Shown one piece after another: positions 1 through 15,825 of a stretch of 64,000 bases of DNA. Below the pieces are notes generated by a model, which was given only the letters and a program-made list of their open reading frames with translations, did no database searches and was not told where the DNA came from. Numbering within the stretch: the first letter of the stretch is position 1; every line of letters begins with the position of its first letter. The position numbers and the translations under genes were made by a program. The stretch is from Octopus vulgaris (lineage: Eukaryota): NCBI GenBank assembly GCA_951406725.2, contig OX597831.1, positions 22,382,001 through 22,446,000 on the forward strand, in the 5' to 3' direction.

Positions 1-803
1 CTCTACATCAACCACGCCTACTATCTGCTTGAGCAAAATTTAACTAATCTCAACTAGTCACAGTTTGCCTATATTCCAGTCAACAAACTCGAAAGAGGAT
101 ATACTTTCAAATTACAAGCTCCACTAGCCACACGGTTAATCAAATGACCAACCGTAACTGCAAATATGCTACAAAATAAGCCACGTAATTAATCATGAAA
201 CGGAAACGCTTGTAGGCGATGATACGTGTCAACAACACCTGATTTAGCCAAACGATTAGCTCTACAATATTTCTTGCTTTTATTCATTAATATGGACTGA
301 TGTCCTCTAGAATAGGTGACTTATCACGTGACCAACCTCTTCACGAAGAACACAACTAATTAAAAGCCTCCCAGCAGCTTTAGCTATCGCAAACACCAGT
401 GTTTTTATTTCAAACTCATCGTTGAGAAGTCTTTCCCAACAGCCACCGACCGAAACCTTTGTATATAAAGACAATTCCGTTTGTCAAAAGGCAACTGTAT
501 GTCTGCGTGTATATGCTTGTATGTATCTGTATACATATTTATATCGATATATGTGGCCATATACACACGCGCACACACACACACAATATGCGTATACGCA
601 AGTAAATATATTTTCACACACACAGAAACACACACTCACACATTTACGTATATGTATGCATATATATTATATAGATACCTGAACTTGTGTATAGAGGCCT
701 ATATCTAAGGTATAAAGGTGGGCGGCTTTTGAAAGGATAGTGTACATAATTATCTATACATATACCTATGAATATATATATATGCTTACACACACACATA
801 TAG

Positions 804-836
<33 letters not shown>

Positions 837-962
837 TGTATGTATGTATGTATGTGCCTCTATATCTATCTACTTACAGATCTTTTTTCTGTCCTCCGTT
901 CTGTGTAATATATATGATGTAATATTATATCAACTATGCATGCTTTTATGAGCACATACATA

Positions 963-1019
<57 letters not shown>

Positions 1020-1062
1020 CATATGTATATATGCATATGAATATATACATATGTATATATAC

Positions 1063-1115
<53 letters not shown>

Positions 1116-2462
1116 GACACACACACATATATACATATATACATACATATATATTTATATATACATACACGCATAAAATATACATATGCGTATGTGTGTA
1201 TATATGTTTAGATTATATAATATTACATATATCTTATACAGAAGTACGGACTGGATAACGATTGGTGGGTAGATAGGTAGATAAACGCATACATGCATCC
1301 AGTACACACATCCGCACATATACGTATACTTCCTCACACACACACACAGATACTCAGAGACGCATACATGTATCTGTGCACGCATAGAAAACACACACAC
1401 ATACATATACACCGAAACGCACTCATACGCATAAACTTTGATCTCATCAAAGCTTTCATGTCATAATCTATCGTCTAAAACGACAAACTGTTTGACATTA
1501 AGCTGTTCTATGTATCACTGATTTGTGGCAAAGTAGTAAAGTATGAAAGGATGAAGAAGGAAGAGAGGAAGAAAAGCGTGAATGTATTAAATAAACCATT
1601 AAAAGGGAAAGATTTTATTACATTTTATCAACTGTGGTGTGCTGCAAGGTCTTGCTGTCTCCAGCACTCTTCCCTCGTCACTTCAATTTCTTAGTTGCTG
1701 TTTACTGTTATATCTAACCCTGCACGCATTTCTGTGTAGATGGCACAACTGTTAACGTCTATTTGGCGCGTCTCCAGTCTAAAAAAGGAGCCTCATCTCG
1801 TTAGTCAGACTGTTAGAAATATCAGCTAGATCTTCCTTAAGTTACTCCCTTTGTCGTATGAAAGGAGAAGGACAGATTCGATAATCTCAATCTAGATGCA
1901 ATGTGTCGACTTAAATAAACGGAATGGTGATAGCCGTAATGCTTTTGATCATGTGTCTGTTTGTTAAGGACTGAACAGCAACAACAACAGCAACAACAAC
2001 AACAACAGCAACAACAACAACAACAACAATAGTAACAACAACAACAACAATAACAACAACATTTTCAAGACATCTAACACAACTCCTGATGTGCATCACG
2101 AACAAAAACCTCATGACCCAACTCTAATGGCAATATGACAAATATGCCTTATCAAACGAAAATACAATGCTAAATATATCAATGAAGATGTCTTGCACTA
2201 GATTCCTATGCATTTAACTCACTATATATATATATACATTTAGTTCCTTCTCTCTATATATTTAATACCTTCAATAAACATTTCGCACACTCTCTTTCCA
2301 TTTAGTATCTTCTCTATGCATTTAACACATTCCATAAACATTATTATGTAATACTTTCCATATGCATTTAAACCCTCTATATACATTTAATATATTCTCT
2401 GTTTATTTCACGCATTCTCTATACATTTCAATACATTTAATATATTTTCTTTTCACAACTAG

Positions 2463-2516
<54 letters not shown>

Positions 2517-2571
2517 CCCTCTAATTCAATACTATATATATATATATATATATGTATTCAATATATGCACG

Positions 2572-2605
<34 letters not shown>

Positions 2606-2649
2606 ATACCCTCTAATTCAATACTATATATATATGTATTCAATATATG

Positions 2650-2748
<99 letters not shown>

Positions 2749-2905
2749 GTAGGCGTAATGTGTCATAAGAAGCTTGCTTCCCAACCACATGCTTCTGGGT
2801 TCAATCCCACAGCGTGTAATTTGAGCAACTGTCTTCTACTATGGTCTTGGGACGACCAAGACCCTGTGAGTGGATTTGGTAGAAGGACACTGAAAGTAGT
2901 CAATT

Positions 2906-4309
<1,404 letters not shown>

Positions 4310-4878
4310 ATGTGTGTGTGAATTTATCTATCTTTCTATCTATAGATAGATAGATATAGATATAGTATCCTCTTTATGCTTTTAATAACCTCTCTTTACA
4401 CTTAATACTCTCTATATCTCTATATACAAAGAACGAAGTAACAACAAAGAAAGGAACACAAAACACCAAACTAGTATAAAAACAACAACCATCAAAGTCT
4501 TCGCTAATTAAAGTAACACCTCTAATGAGAAATAAATGAGTCGTTAGGTTTATGCGTAATTGTAGCCATGAACAAGGGATAAAACTTTGGAATTTAATAT
4601 CTAGAGCTGGTAGAATCGTTAGCAAATTCAGTGAGCTGGCAGAATCGTTAGTAAGCCGGGGAAAATGGTTAGCGACATTTTGAGTTTGTCTTTATGTTCT
4701 AAGTTCAAATTCTGCCAAGGTCGACTTTTCCTTTCATTCCTTTCGGGGTCGGTAAAAAAGGTACTGTTTTAGTATGGGCGTCGATGTAATCGATTAAACC
4801 CCGTCCCTTGGAGTAGCTGGCCTTGTGTTAAAATTTGAAATCAATATTATAAAATAATATCTGTAGAGTTTCAATATA

Positions 4879-5062
4879 CAGTAATCTCTGGACTATTGCG
4901 GGTGTTACGTTCCAAAACCTCCCGCGATAGGTGAAAATCCGCGAAGTAGAAACAGTTCTGCACTGTTTATATTTTTAATTATTTTTATAATTTGTGGCTC
5001 GAGAAGGAACAAACAAAACAACAAACACATAGTCAGAGTTGACATCGGAACGGAGGGTACTG
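4879..5062. mobile_element. pogo/Tigger-like MITE remnant
   Basis: Starts TA|CAGTAATCTCTGGACTATTGCGGGTGTTACGTTCC and ends ..GGAGGGTACTG. CAGTA..TACTG termini; no ORF. Confidence 0.55.
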
Positions 5063-5334
5063 TTACAACTCTGTATAACAAATATAAAACACACAAACAC
5101 ACACACACACACACACAGAGGAAGGTTACATTAGGTGACAAATTAACTCTACGGCGGCTAGATTTTATCGCTTTAGTAGATATAGATCTCTGTACAGCGC
5201 TTTGGTGTAATAAAGAATGTAAATGGCTATCAGAGACAAATATGCAACACAAGACATATAGACGTATAGAGACCGATACAAAGTTAGTGACAGTTTTTTT
5301 TTTATTTACACATATACAAATTTAGTCATTCTTT

Positions 5335-5757
5335 TATTCTTGTATTCGTTTCTTTGTTTCAGTCATTTGGCTGCGGCCATGCTGGAGAACCGCCTTTAGT
5401 CGAGCAAATCGACCCCAGGACTTATTCTTTGTAAGCCTAGTACTTATTCTATCGGTCTCTTTTGCCGAACTGCTAGGTGACGGGGACTTAAACACACCAG
5501 CATCGGTTGTCAAGTGATGTGTGTGTGTGGTGTGTGTGTGGGAGACAAACGCAGACACACAAACATATACATACACATATATACATATATACGACGGGCT
5601 TCTTTCAGTTTCTGTCTACCAAATCCACTCACAAGGCTTTGGTCGGCCCGAGGCTATAGTAGAAAACACTTGCCCAAGGTGCCACGCAGCGGGACTGAAA
5701 TCGGAACCATGTGGTTGGTAAGCAAGCTACTCACCACACAGCCACTCTTGTGCCTAT
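5335..5757 (-). mobile_element. tRNA-derived SINE family A (internal CA/TA microsatellite, GGCGGTGCTCCAGCATGG..TGACTGAAAC tail)
   Basis: A/B-box-like head (TGGCTGTGTGGT..GGTTC), shared body and tail. Near-identical copies at 18790-19245, 20293-20644, 57625-58012, 61715-62117, 63380-63809. Partial + strand copies near 2751-2900, 8020-8170, 33045-33245, 59660-59800. Confidence 0.9.
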
Positions 5758-5994
5758 GTATACGTTTGGACACAAACTCAAATTTACAAGTATGGAAGTG
5801 ATGTCAGCCATCGCCTTTCATTGATGCGTGGTGAACCTTTTTTCATGCACAGGAGTAATGTCTGAACATTGTTGATCTGTGGGGCTTTATGGGACTGCTT
5901 TTCTTGTGTGAAGGACAAATCTAGTTGTCGATCAGATCCGTTCTACCGTTTAAGTCAAGCTGGAAGGGGGACTTATGGGAGGGGGAGAGGTAAA

Positions 5995-6256
5995 TGTAAA
6001 ATTACCTTCTCAACTCATGCCGACTCATAAGGGCCAGATTCCCGGTTTCATGTCGTATATATTCTCCCAGCCCCTACCTGTGGACGGGACACCAGTCCAT
6101 CGCAGAATTACTTATTTTTGCCAGCTGAGTGGATTGGAACAACGTGAGCCGAAGCATTTTGCTCAAGAACACAACACGTAGCCCGGTCCAGGAATCGAAA
6201 CCACAATTTTACGATCATAAGTCCAACACAATAACCACTAAGCCAAGCGCCTCCAC
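5995..6256 (-). mobile_element. tRNA-derived SINE family C variant
   Basis: Head TGGAGGCGCTTGGCTTAGTGGTTA..GGTTTCGATTCC. Body shared with 16710-16955 and 55015-55298. Confidence 0.8.
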
Positions 6257-6274
6257 TGGTGGTGGGAGGAGGAA

Positions 6275-6560
6275 GGTACTTAATTCATCGACCCTGAAAG
6301 GATGAAAGGCAAAGTTGACCTTGGCGGAATTTGAACTCAGAACATAACGGCAGACGAAATACCTATTTCTTTACTACCCACAAGGGGCTAAACATAGAGG
6401 GGACAAACGAGGACAGATAGAGGGATTAAGTTGATTATATCAACCCCAGTGCGTACCTGGTACTTATTTAATCGACCCCGAAGGGATGAAAGGCAAAGTC
6501 GACCTCGGCAGAATTTGAACTCAGAACATGACGGCAGACGAAATACTGCTAAGCATTTTA
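6275..6560 (-). mobile_element. SINE family B (Deu/Nin-domain-like core GTCGACTTTGCCTTTCATCCTTTCGGGGTCGATAAA), tandem partial copies
   Basis: The same core recurs more than 15 times in the window, e.g. 4605-4845, 24150-24375, 24500-24647, 39592-39805, 39925-40103, 40955-41150, 54755-54983. Confidence 0.85.
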
Positions 6561-6714
6561 AACCTTGAATAGCTGGGTGGGGTGGGGGTCCGTCCGAGTA
6601 AAATAGGAATCAAAGGGGCCCATGGTTCCTTAACCAAAAAATGAAAATGGTTGGGAAGCACTCCGTCTTCAACTATGCTATAAGTGAAGACCAAGGTTCC
6701 AGCTTCATGTAGTT

Positions 6715-7990
<1,276 letters not shown>

Positions 7991-8523
7991 GTAGAGCGCC
8001 AAACAAAATGCTTTCGGCTGGCATAACTGTATGGTAAGAACTTTGCTTACCAACCGCAGGGTTCCTGGTTCACTCCCATTGCGTGGCACCTTCGGCAAGT
8101 GTCTTCTATAGCCTCGGGCTGACTAAAGTTTGGTGAGTGGATTGAGTTGAAAAACTGAAAGAATCCTGCTTTATACATACACACACACACATTCATACAT
8201 AAATACGTATATACATACAAACATAAATATATATATATGTATATTATATATTTATTTATTTATGCTCCCTTTTTCAAGCCTAGCCAGGATCATGGACCCG
8301 GTTTCTCGGTTTCTGTGACGTATGTGTTCACCCCAGATGGACGGGACGCCAGTCCACCCGCAAGGTCATGCACTGTTTATCTGGATATGAGATCACCATG
8401 TCGCGCACATATGGTTGTGATGCATGTGCCTGGTGTACCCTTATCAGTAGTCATGATGGGTATACTGGGCTTCGTATATTTTACCCCAGTGTCACTTTGA
8501 TGGCATGCACTGCTCTCTCACTC

Positions 8524-8610
<87 letters not shown>

Positions 8611-8797
8611 CAATAAGAAGAGTGCGACTGTAATGGAATAAACAATATTTCGACACTTCGTGTGTCTTCCACAAGTTCAAAATAATTATCTCAATCTACT
8701 TCATTTTGGTAATATTTAAGGACTCTTCTTATTGTTTCTTTACCTTTGGGAGGAGTAACATCAAGGTGCCACGCACTGGGACTGAACCCGGAACCAT

Positions 8798-10775
8798 GTG
8801 GAAGAAAACAACTTGTTTCCAGAAGAGCAGAAGGGATGCTGTAAGGGCTCATACATCTGTAAAGATCAACTAATGATCAATAAAGCCATTACTGAAGACA
8901 GTCACAGAAAGAAGAAGGGTCTAACTATGGCCTGGATTGACTACCAAAAGGCTTTTGATAGCATTCCTCACACATGGATCCTAGAAACACCAGCCTTGAA
9001 CAAGGTAGCATCAATAATCATAAAATACATAAGACACTCTATGAATAAATGGCAGACAGTGCTACAGCTCCAGACAAAAGGACTCATAAAAATCAAAGCC
9101 ATCGCCATTAGAAGAGGAATATTCCAGGGAGACATTCTCTCCCCACTCCTTTTCTGCTTGGCACCGACACCTTTTTTCTGACATGCTAAACAGAACTGGA
9201 TGCGGATACAAAACAATCAGACATTTCTTATATGAGGATGACCTAAAACTGTACGCTACAAATGATAAACAGCTGGAAAGATTACTACAGACAGTGCATG
9301 GATTTACCAAAGAAATCAATATAAAATTTGGCTTAGAAAAATGTACCAAAGCAACCTTGAAAAAAGGAAAACTAGTTAAGAGTAGCAACATCACACTAGT
9401 TAAAGCAAATGAAATAAGAAGATTAAATCAAGCCAGGCATACGGATATTTAGGAATCAATGAACTAGATACGATACAACACACACGAATGAAAGAGAAAA
9501 TGAAAAAAGAATACTATAGACGAGTTAAATCAATATTAAAAACAGATTTCAATGCGTAAAACAAGATAATAGGTATCAACACTCTAGTCGTCCCAGTTAT
9601 AAGTTACGGCTACAATATCTTTAACTGGACACTAAATGAACTAATCAAAATAGACAGAAAAACAAGAAGTATAATGACAAGATTTAGGATGCACCACCCA
9701 AAATCCGACATAGAAAGGTTATATATACAACATATAGAAGGTGGTAGAGACCTTATATAGCTAGAAAGCTATTACAAAATAACCACCATAGGATTGCAAA
9801 AATACCTACTTCAGAAGCAAGGAAAACTAATACAAATAGCCACAAAACACGAACAAAACAAAAAACTGTTTTCAGCCTTTAAGGAAGCTGACAAATACAA
9901 ACAAGAAGTCATACTACCTAACAACTATGAAGAAGAAGAAGAAGAAACAACAAAAGCTGTAAAACAAATGAGATCCAAACTAAAACTAGAACAGCAACGG
10001 ACCATGATAAAATGACGGCAAGAAAAGCACCTTCATGGCAAATACTGGGCTAAACTAAACTCAAAAGAGATAAACAAAGCAAAATCTCAGCAATGACTGA
10101 GAAGCTCAGGACTCAAAGCAGAGACTGAAGGAGTTTTAATTGCAGCACAAGACCAAAGCCTCCTCACCAGGAATTACCAAAAACATATAAAGGAAACATA
10201 ACATGTTACTGTAGAATATGTGGAGATGGACAGGATACAATAAGTCATATTGTCTCTGGTTGCCCAGTCCTGGCTATGAAGGAATATATTCACAGACATG
10301 ACAGAATTGGGGCCTACATACTCTGGAAGCTATGCCAACACTATGGAATAACAAGAGAAAAAGGATGGTATAAATACACGCCTGAAAATGTTATAGAGAA
10401 TGAGAAAGCAACAATACTATGGGATATGCCAACACTCACAGTTGGAGAAATTATGGCCAATAGGCCATATAAACTTTCAAAAAATATAAAGACCTAGAAA
10501 TAGAGGTAACACGAATGTGGAATCTGAAACCAGAAACAATTCCTGTCATATTGGGCGCATTAGGCATGATAAAAAAATATTCAGACAAATACATAACAAA
10601 AACACCAGGACTCACAAATATATATAACATACAGAAAATTGCACTACTGGGCACTGCACACATCCTACACAAAACACTTTCAATACAGTGACCATCAGAG
10701 CATCACAACAAACCACAGCACATACCCAAGACACACAGAGCTGCGCTCGGTAGTGCAGTGAAAGCAGTTATAAAA

Positions 10776-10780
<5 letters not shown>
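8798..10780 (+). mobile_element. R4/Dong-like non-LTR retrotransposon, 5'-truncated, frameshifted (RT, CCHC, restriction-like endonuclease)
   Basis: EEQKGC, AWIDYQKAFDSIPH, RRGIFQGDILSPLLFCLA, HFLYEDDLKLYA, FGLEKC, AAQDQ, CRIC..HIVSGC, YIHRHD, ILWD. The 3' end abuts (AAT)n at ~10780-10859. Confidence 0.92.
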
Positions 10781-10859
<79 letters not shown>

Positions 10860-11196
10860 GTTTAGCTTATATAGGTAAAATATACAAATAAATAAACTAG
10901 GGTACCGGAATACCACTTGCTAGAAAGAGGAGCTAACACTCCCAAACCACAAATTTCTCACTATTAATAAATAAGCACGGGTAATTCAACGAATATAATA
11001 AAATAGGCTCACACCTCGTGATGTGAGAGTAGAGGAACAGTCAGCAACTGAGGAAGGGTCGTTCTTTATGTTGTTTGCCTTGTTTTCCATTTGTGTTTTT
11101 CGCTGTTCGAGATGATAGTTCATACTCCATGTACACGTACTTCGTATATTTCTTTTGTTGTGCACGTTTCGTGACGTCCTGTGCCCACATGTGCAT

Positions 11197-12045
11197 ATAT
11201 ATATCTGCAAATGTGGAAAGGTCGGTACACTAAAACATATTCTTTCCAACTGTTCATTAGCATTGAACAGGTACACATGGAGGCACAACTTGGTCCTTAA
11301 GGTTATCTTCAATGCTATAAAGAACCAAATTCATCTCAACAACACTGAGGAAAAACTGTTAAAAGTACCATCAAGAGATTTCATTACCTTCGTGCGACCA
11401 GGTCAGCGGATCCGTTTCAAGAAGAAGATCAAGAAACTTCCTGAGAAAAATGAAAAGTGGAACGGCTATTGGGAGGTAACTGCAGATTTACCTGGGTGTC
11501 AGGTTTTCTTTCCCATCCCAGTTTCGAAAAAAACAGATATTTTTATGTGGTGTGAAAGAAAGAAAGTTGTAAATATAGTCGAGCTAACGGTTCGTCATGA
11601 AGATTAAATGGACGCCACTCGGGCTCGAAAATTGAACCGTTATGAAAACCTCCTCGAGGAATGTGAAGACGCAGGCTGGAAAGCGCAAAATTTTCCTATC
11701 GAAGTCGAATGTAGAGGGTTTGTTGGACACAGCGTGAGACGACTGTTGTTATCGCTAGGCCTAACTCATCGTAAAGTCAATACCACCATGACTGATATCC
11801 AATCTACAGTGGAGAAGGCGCTAGCCACTGGATTTGGTTAAAAAGAGACGATGAGGGATGGCTAGAAGTATATTGAGTTCTTCATAACCAGCTGATCAAG
11901 CAAGAGGGGCCTCATATCAGTGCGCATTGATGCCGTCGAGAGGTAGGCCCCGAAACGGCGCGCATTCTCTCCTGATGACCCCATACACTTGCTAGCTTCC
12001 GGTATACGGAGCTTTTAACTGGTAGCACTTGCATGTGAAAGTTGT
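11197..12045 (+). mobile_element. HERO-clade-like non-LTR retrotransposon 3' fragment (CCHC, REL endonuclease, 3' UTR)
   Basis: CKCGKVGTLKHILSNC..RYTWRHNLVL, TDIFMW..VELTV, RKLNRY..GW..PIEVECRGF, frameshifted SHWIWLKR. One in-frame stop at 11605-11607. Clade assigned from recalled motif patterns. Confidence 0.82.
11906..11978 (+). ncRNA. Hammerhead ribozyme with rearranged (non-circularly permuted) strand order
   Basis: Stem II GGGGCCT 11906-12 / AGGCCCC 11945-51. GAAA 11952-55. Stem III GCCGU 11932-36 / ACGGC 11955-59, extended by GTGCGC 11920-25 / GCGCAT 11960-65. GUC triplet 11935-37. Stem I GAGAG 11938-42 / CTCTC 11967-71. CUGAUGA 11972-78. Confidence 0.8.
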
Positions 12046-12069
12046 TTGCTAGACGTATAGATGTATGTG

Positions 12070-12124
<55 letters not shown>

Positions 12125-12167
12125 TATATTATATGATTGAACGCCATGCATCCACTTCCAAGTAAGT

Positions 12168-12219
<52 letters not shown>

Positions 12220-12229
12220 ATATCTATCC

Positions 12230-12680
12230 TCTGACATCAGAAATTATCTATCTTTAGACATCACAAGACAAAAAGAAATGCTACAAAATTTGAAATATCT
12301 AGGTCAAATTAAAAGAGGATAACAGGAAAATAGCACAAGATATGAAATTAACGAAACTATATCTAAAATCTAGACTAAATCTAAAATCTCGACATAAAAT
12401 ATGTTCTCTATAGCTTCTTCATGATCTGCTGGAGTGTATCTCTTAATGATATATTTACGCATCATGCCGTTGTTAAAGAGAAGAAATCATTGAAATTAGT
12501 CTATCTTTATTTTGCTCCAGTTTAGATATAATTTTTTGAAAATTGAAAATTATCAAATTAAACATTAGTTTGGCAAATATTGACTTGGAATCCAACAGAA
12601 AAAAAAAGGATATTGATTACGAAAACATTATCCAGATATTTTATTAGTAACCTCAATTACAATCGGGTCAAAGTTAAGGA
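12230..12680 (+). mobile_element. Heavily decayed LINE RT fragment (RTE-like?)
   Basis: Remnant motifs NLKYLGQI, KSRLNLK and LTWNPT across many stops and frameshifts. Confidence 0.35.
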
Positions 12681-13658
12681 ACCATTTCTTGAAAAAACAA
12701 AGTATGTGTAACCTGATTATGTTTTAAATTCTCCCAACTTCAACAACAACAACAGCAATAAAAACAATAACAGCAAAAACAACAACAACAATAGCAGCTA
12801 TATTGATCAATTTTTACTCTCAAATATATTGCAAGTGTACAAATGCAGCGATTTCATCAGATAAGAAATAACGAAAAATCAGAAATGACTAATTTTACCC
12901 TAGTTACTAAGTTTGCCCCTCCATCCCTCCCCCTCTCGTATATTTGTAGGCGTGGCTGTGTGGTAAGACGCCTGCTTCCCAATTACATGGTTCCGAGTTC
13001 AGTTCCATTGGAACCGAAACGAACTATTTTAAATAACATGGGGAGAGTTCACGAAAAGGAAAAGAAAGCAAAAGTCGAAGACAGGTGGTGTACAAAACAA
13101 AACAAAGAGATGTATTAAGTATAACTCTCAGGAATTGGAAAATAATACATACATACATACCTGAGTAAGTGCATTCATTGCTAATGTGAGCAATTTATCA
13201 TAGTAAATATAAGCCATTCAACTATAGGCAAAGTCGCTCTTGGCGGAATTTCAACTCAGGACGTAAACACAGACGAAATGCCACGGATGCTAACGATTCT
13301 GCCAGCTTGACGCCTTTGTATCATAATAAAGATAATTTTATTTTTATAATCACTAAATATTCACAAGCAAATCGAGGACGGTAAAAGACGATTCCGTACA
13401 ATACAGCATGAAGTGATATGATGTGGTTTCTTGGTGTATAGGTTCCCCACCTGGACAGGACGCCGGTCCGTCGCAGGTGAGCTGCAAGATGCAGGAGGAA
13501 ACAGTGAGAGACGGTTGTCGCGAAAGAGTCAGCAGAATTTCGCCATTACCTTCTGCCGGAGTCATGTGGAGCTTAGAAGTTTCGCTCATAAACACACACA
13601 CCGCCCGGTCTGAGATTCGAACCCGTGATCCCTTGATCGCGAGTTCGCTGCTCTAACC

Positions 13659-13881
13659 TATTTCTTTATTACCCACAAGGGGCTAAACATAGAGGGGACG
13701 AATAAGGACAGACATAGGTATTAAGTCGATTACATCGACCCCAGTGCGTAACTGCTGCTTAATTTATCGACCCCGAATGGATGAAAGGCAAAGTCGACCT
13801 CGGCGGAATTTGAACTCACAACGTAACGGCAGACGAAATACCGCTTAGCATTTCGCCCGGCGCGCTAACGATTCTGCCAGC
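13659..13881 (-). mobile_element. SINE family B inserted into a family C-type SINE (13420-13915)
   Basis: Direct repeat TCGCTGCTCTAACC at 13645-13658 and 13882-13895 (TSD). Confidence 0.9.
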
Positions 13882-14264
13882 TCGCTGCTCTAACCACTAG
13901 GCCATGTTCCTCCACACATGAAGGTGTGTAGAATGTAAAATATCAAGAACAAAAAAAACACGAAAAACCAAACAAGAAAAATCTCAAGTGGAGATAAGAC
14001 TTCAAAGGGCTGTTCCTGGAAACCCCACAAAACCACGGTCACTCTGGCTACTAGAGATGATGTTCCCTCTCATCATACTTGTTCAATTTATAGACATGTG
14101 TTTAGAACAGGCCTCTTTCTCTCGAACCACCGTCGCTGCATTCATCTACCTTTTCATTAATTTGAACTTGAAAAAATGGACGAGGGCCTGACCAAAGAGG
14201 AAGGCATCTGTCTTTAGCCCTTTCAATCGGGTCCGACACAAATTCTTTCGCTAAGGCCATCAGG

Positions 14265-14625
14265 TGGGAAGCACTCCGTCGGTTACGACGACGAGGGTTC
14301 CGGTTGATCCGATCAACGGAACAGCCTGCTCGTGAAATTAACGTGTAAGTGGCTGAGCACTCCACAGACACGTGTACCCTTAACGTAGTTCTCGGGGATA
14401 TTCAGCGTGACACAGAGAGTGACAAGGCCGGCCCTTTGAAATACAGGTACAACAGAAACAGGAAGTAAGAGTTAGAGAAAGTTGTGGTGAAAGAGTACAG
14501 CAGGGATCACCACTATCCCTGCCGGAGCCTCGTGGAGCTTTAGGTGTTTTCGCTCAATAAACACTCACAACGCCCGGTCTGGGAATCGAAACCGCTGCCC
14601 TAACCACTGGGCCATTGCGCCTCCA
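14265..14625 (-). mobile_element. tRNA-derived SINE family C, near full length
   Basis: Reverse complement of 29306-29697 with a short deletion in the head. Confidence 0.9.
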
Positions 14626-14743
14626 GGTATATAGACATTGACTGTCCTTCATGGCCAAAGCTGGCCTCATAACAAATATGATGTAAAATGTAAATATATA
14701 AAACAGTAACAACTATAATAATAACAAGAACAACAGCAATATT

Positions 14744-14802
<59 letters not shown>

Positions 14803-14863
14803 CAATAATAATAATAATAATAATAACAATAATAATAATAATAATAACAATAATAATAATAAC

Positions 14864-14932
<69 letters not shown>

Positions 14933-14948
14933 CAATAATAATAATAAC

Positions 14949-15023
<75 letters not shown>

Positions 15024-15024
<1 letters not shown>

Positions 15025-15142
15025 TTTACGGCCATATCACATTGAAAACACTGGTCCTCGTCCGATCACCGAAGTTAAGAAAAGTCGAGCCTAGTTAGTA
15101 CTTAGATGGGTGACCGCTTGTGAAACCTAGGTGCTGTAAACG
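15024..15142 (+). rRNA. 5S rRNA-derived sequence (diverged; likely a SINE head or pseudogene rather than a functional gene)
   Basis: GTTTACGGCCATATCAC..CGTCCGATCACCGAAGTTAAG..TTAGTACTTAGATGGGTGACCGCTT..GTGCTGTAAAC. Terminal stem GTTTACGGC/GCTGTAAAC. No T4 terminator downstream; single copy within (AAT)n. Confidence 0.9.
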
Positions 15143-15230
15143 TCTTTCTCTCTCAATGGCGGTGCCCCAGCATGGTCACAGCTCGTGAGCTGAAACTAGA
15201 TAAAATAAAATAAATAAAATAAAATAAAAT
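15024..15230 (+). mobile_element. Candidate 5S-derived SINE (SINE3)
   Basis: Full 5S head, ~15-nt linker, tail GGCGGTGCCCCAGCATGGTCACAGCTC..GCTGAAAC homologous to the family A tail, then (TAAAA)n. Confidence 0.75.
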
Positions 15231-15293
15231 AATAATAATAGTAATAATAATAATGATAATAATAATAATGATAATAATAATAATAATAATAAT

Positions 15294-15543
15294 ATGCAGG
15301 AAGTGCAAAAAGTTGTCTTAACTGGTATGTCACACGCATTAAGAAGAATATTATTTGTTCCTTTTCCCTTATTTTCCTTGCTTTTTTCCATTTTTTACTT
15401 TCTTCCCTTTTTTCTATTACATGACTTCGTAAATGAACAATTTGAAGTATTTATTTTAATGGCTTACAAATGTACACAGTGAGTTTCTTTGCCCTAGGTG
15501 TTGGGAAGACACTCGGTAAGAAATGGAAACAAAAATTCGAAGA
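15294..15543 (+). mobile_element. R4/Dong-like LINE extreme 3' fragment
   Basis: MQEVQKVVLTGMSHALRRIL matches the C-terminus IQKIALLGTAHIL of the 8798 element. Flanked by AAT repeats. Confidence 0.6.
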
Positions 15544-15712
15544 TAATAATAACAACAACAACAACAATAATAATGATATCGTTCTGGAATATTAATTTAC
15601 TGCGATGGGAAGCAAAATATTTTCACGGAATACATTTTATACGCAATTAGACGCTAATTAGTTTAATAATTAAATATTTAAATGAAAATCGATGATGATA
15701 ATAATGATAGTG

Positions 15713-15825
<113 letters not shown>

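Noticed and set aside
12370-12465. Minus-strand peptide MRKYIIKRYTPADHEEAIENIFY resembling an acetyltransferase N-terminus
   Set aside because: Short, closed by stops, and antisense to a probable decayed LINE fragment.
15024-15142. Functional 5S rRNA gene
   Set aside because: Solitary, carries substitutions, has no upstream flank other than (AAT)n, lacks a terminator and is fused to a retroposon tail.
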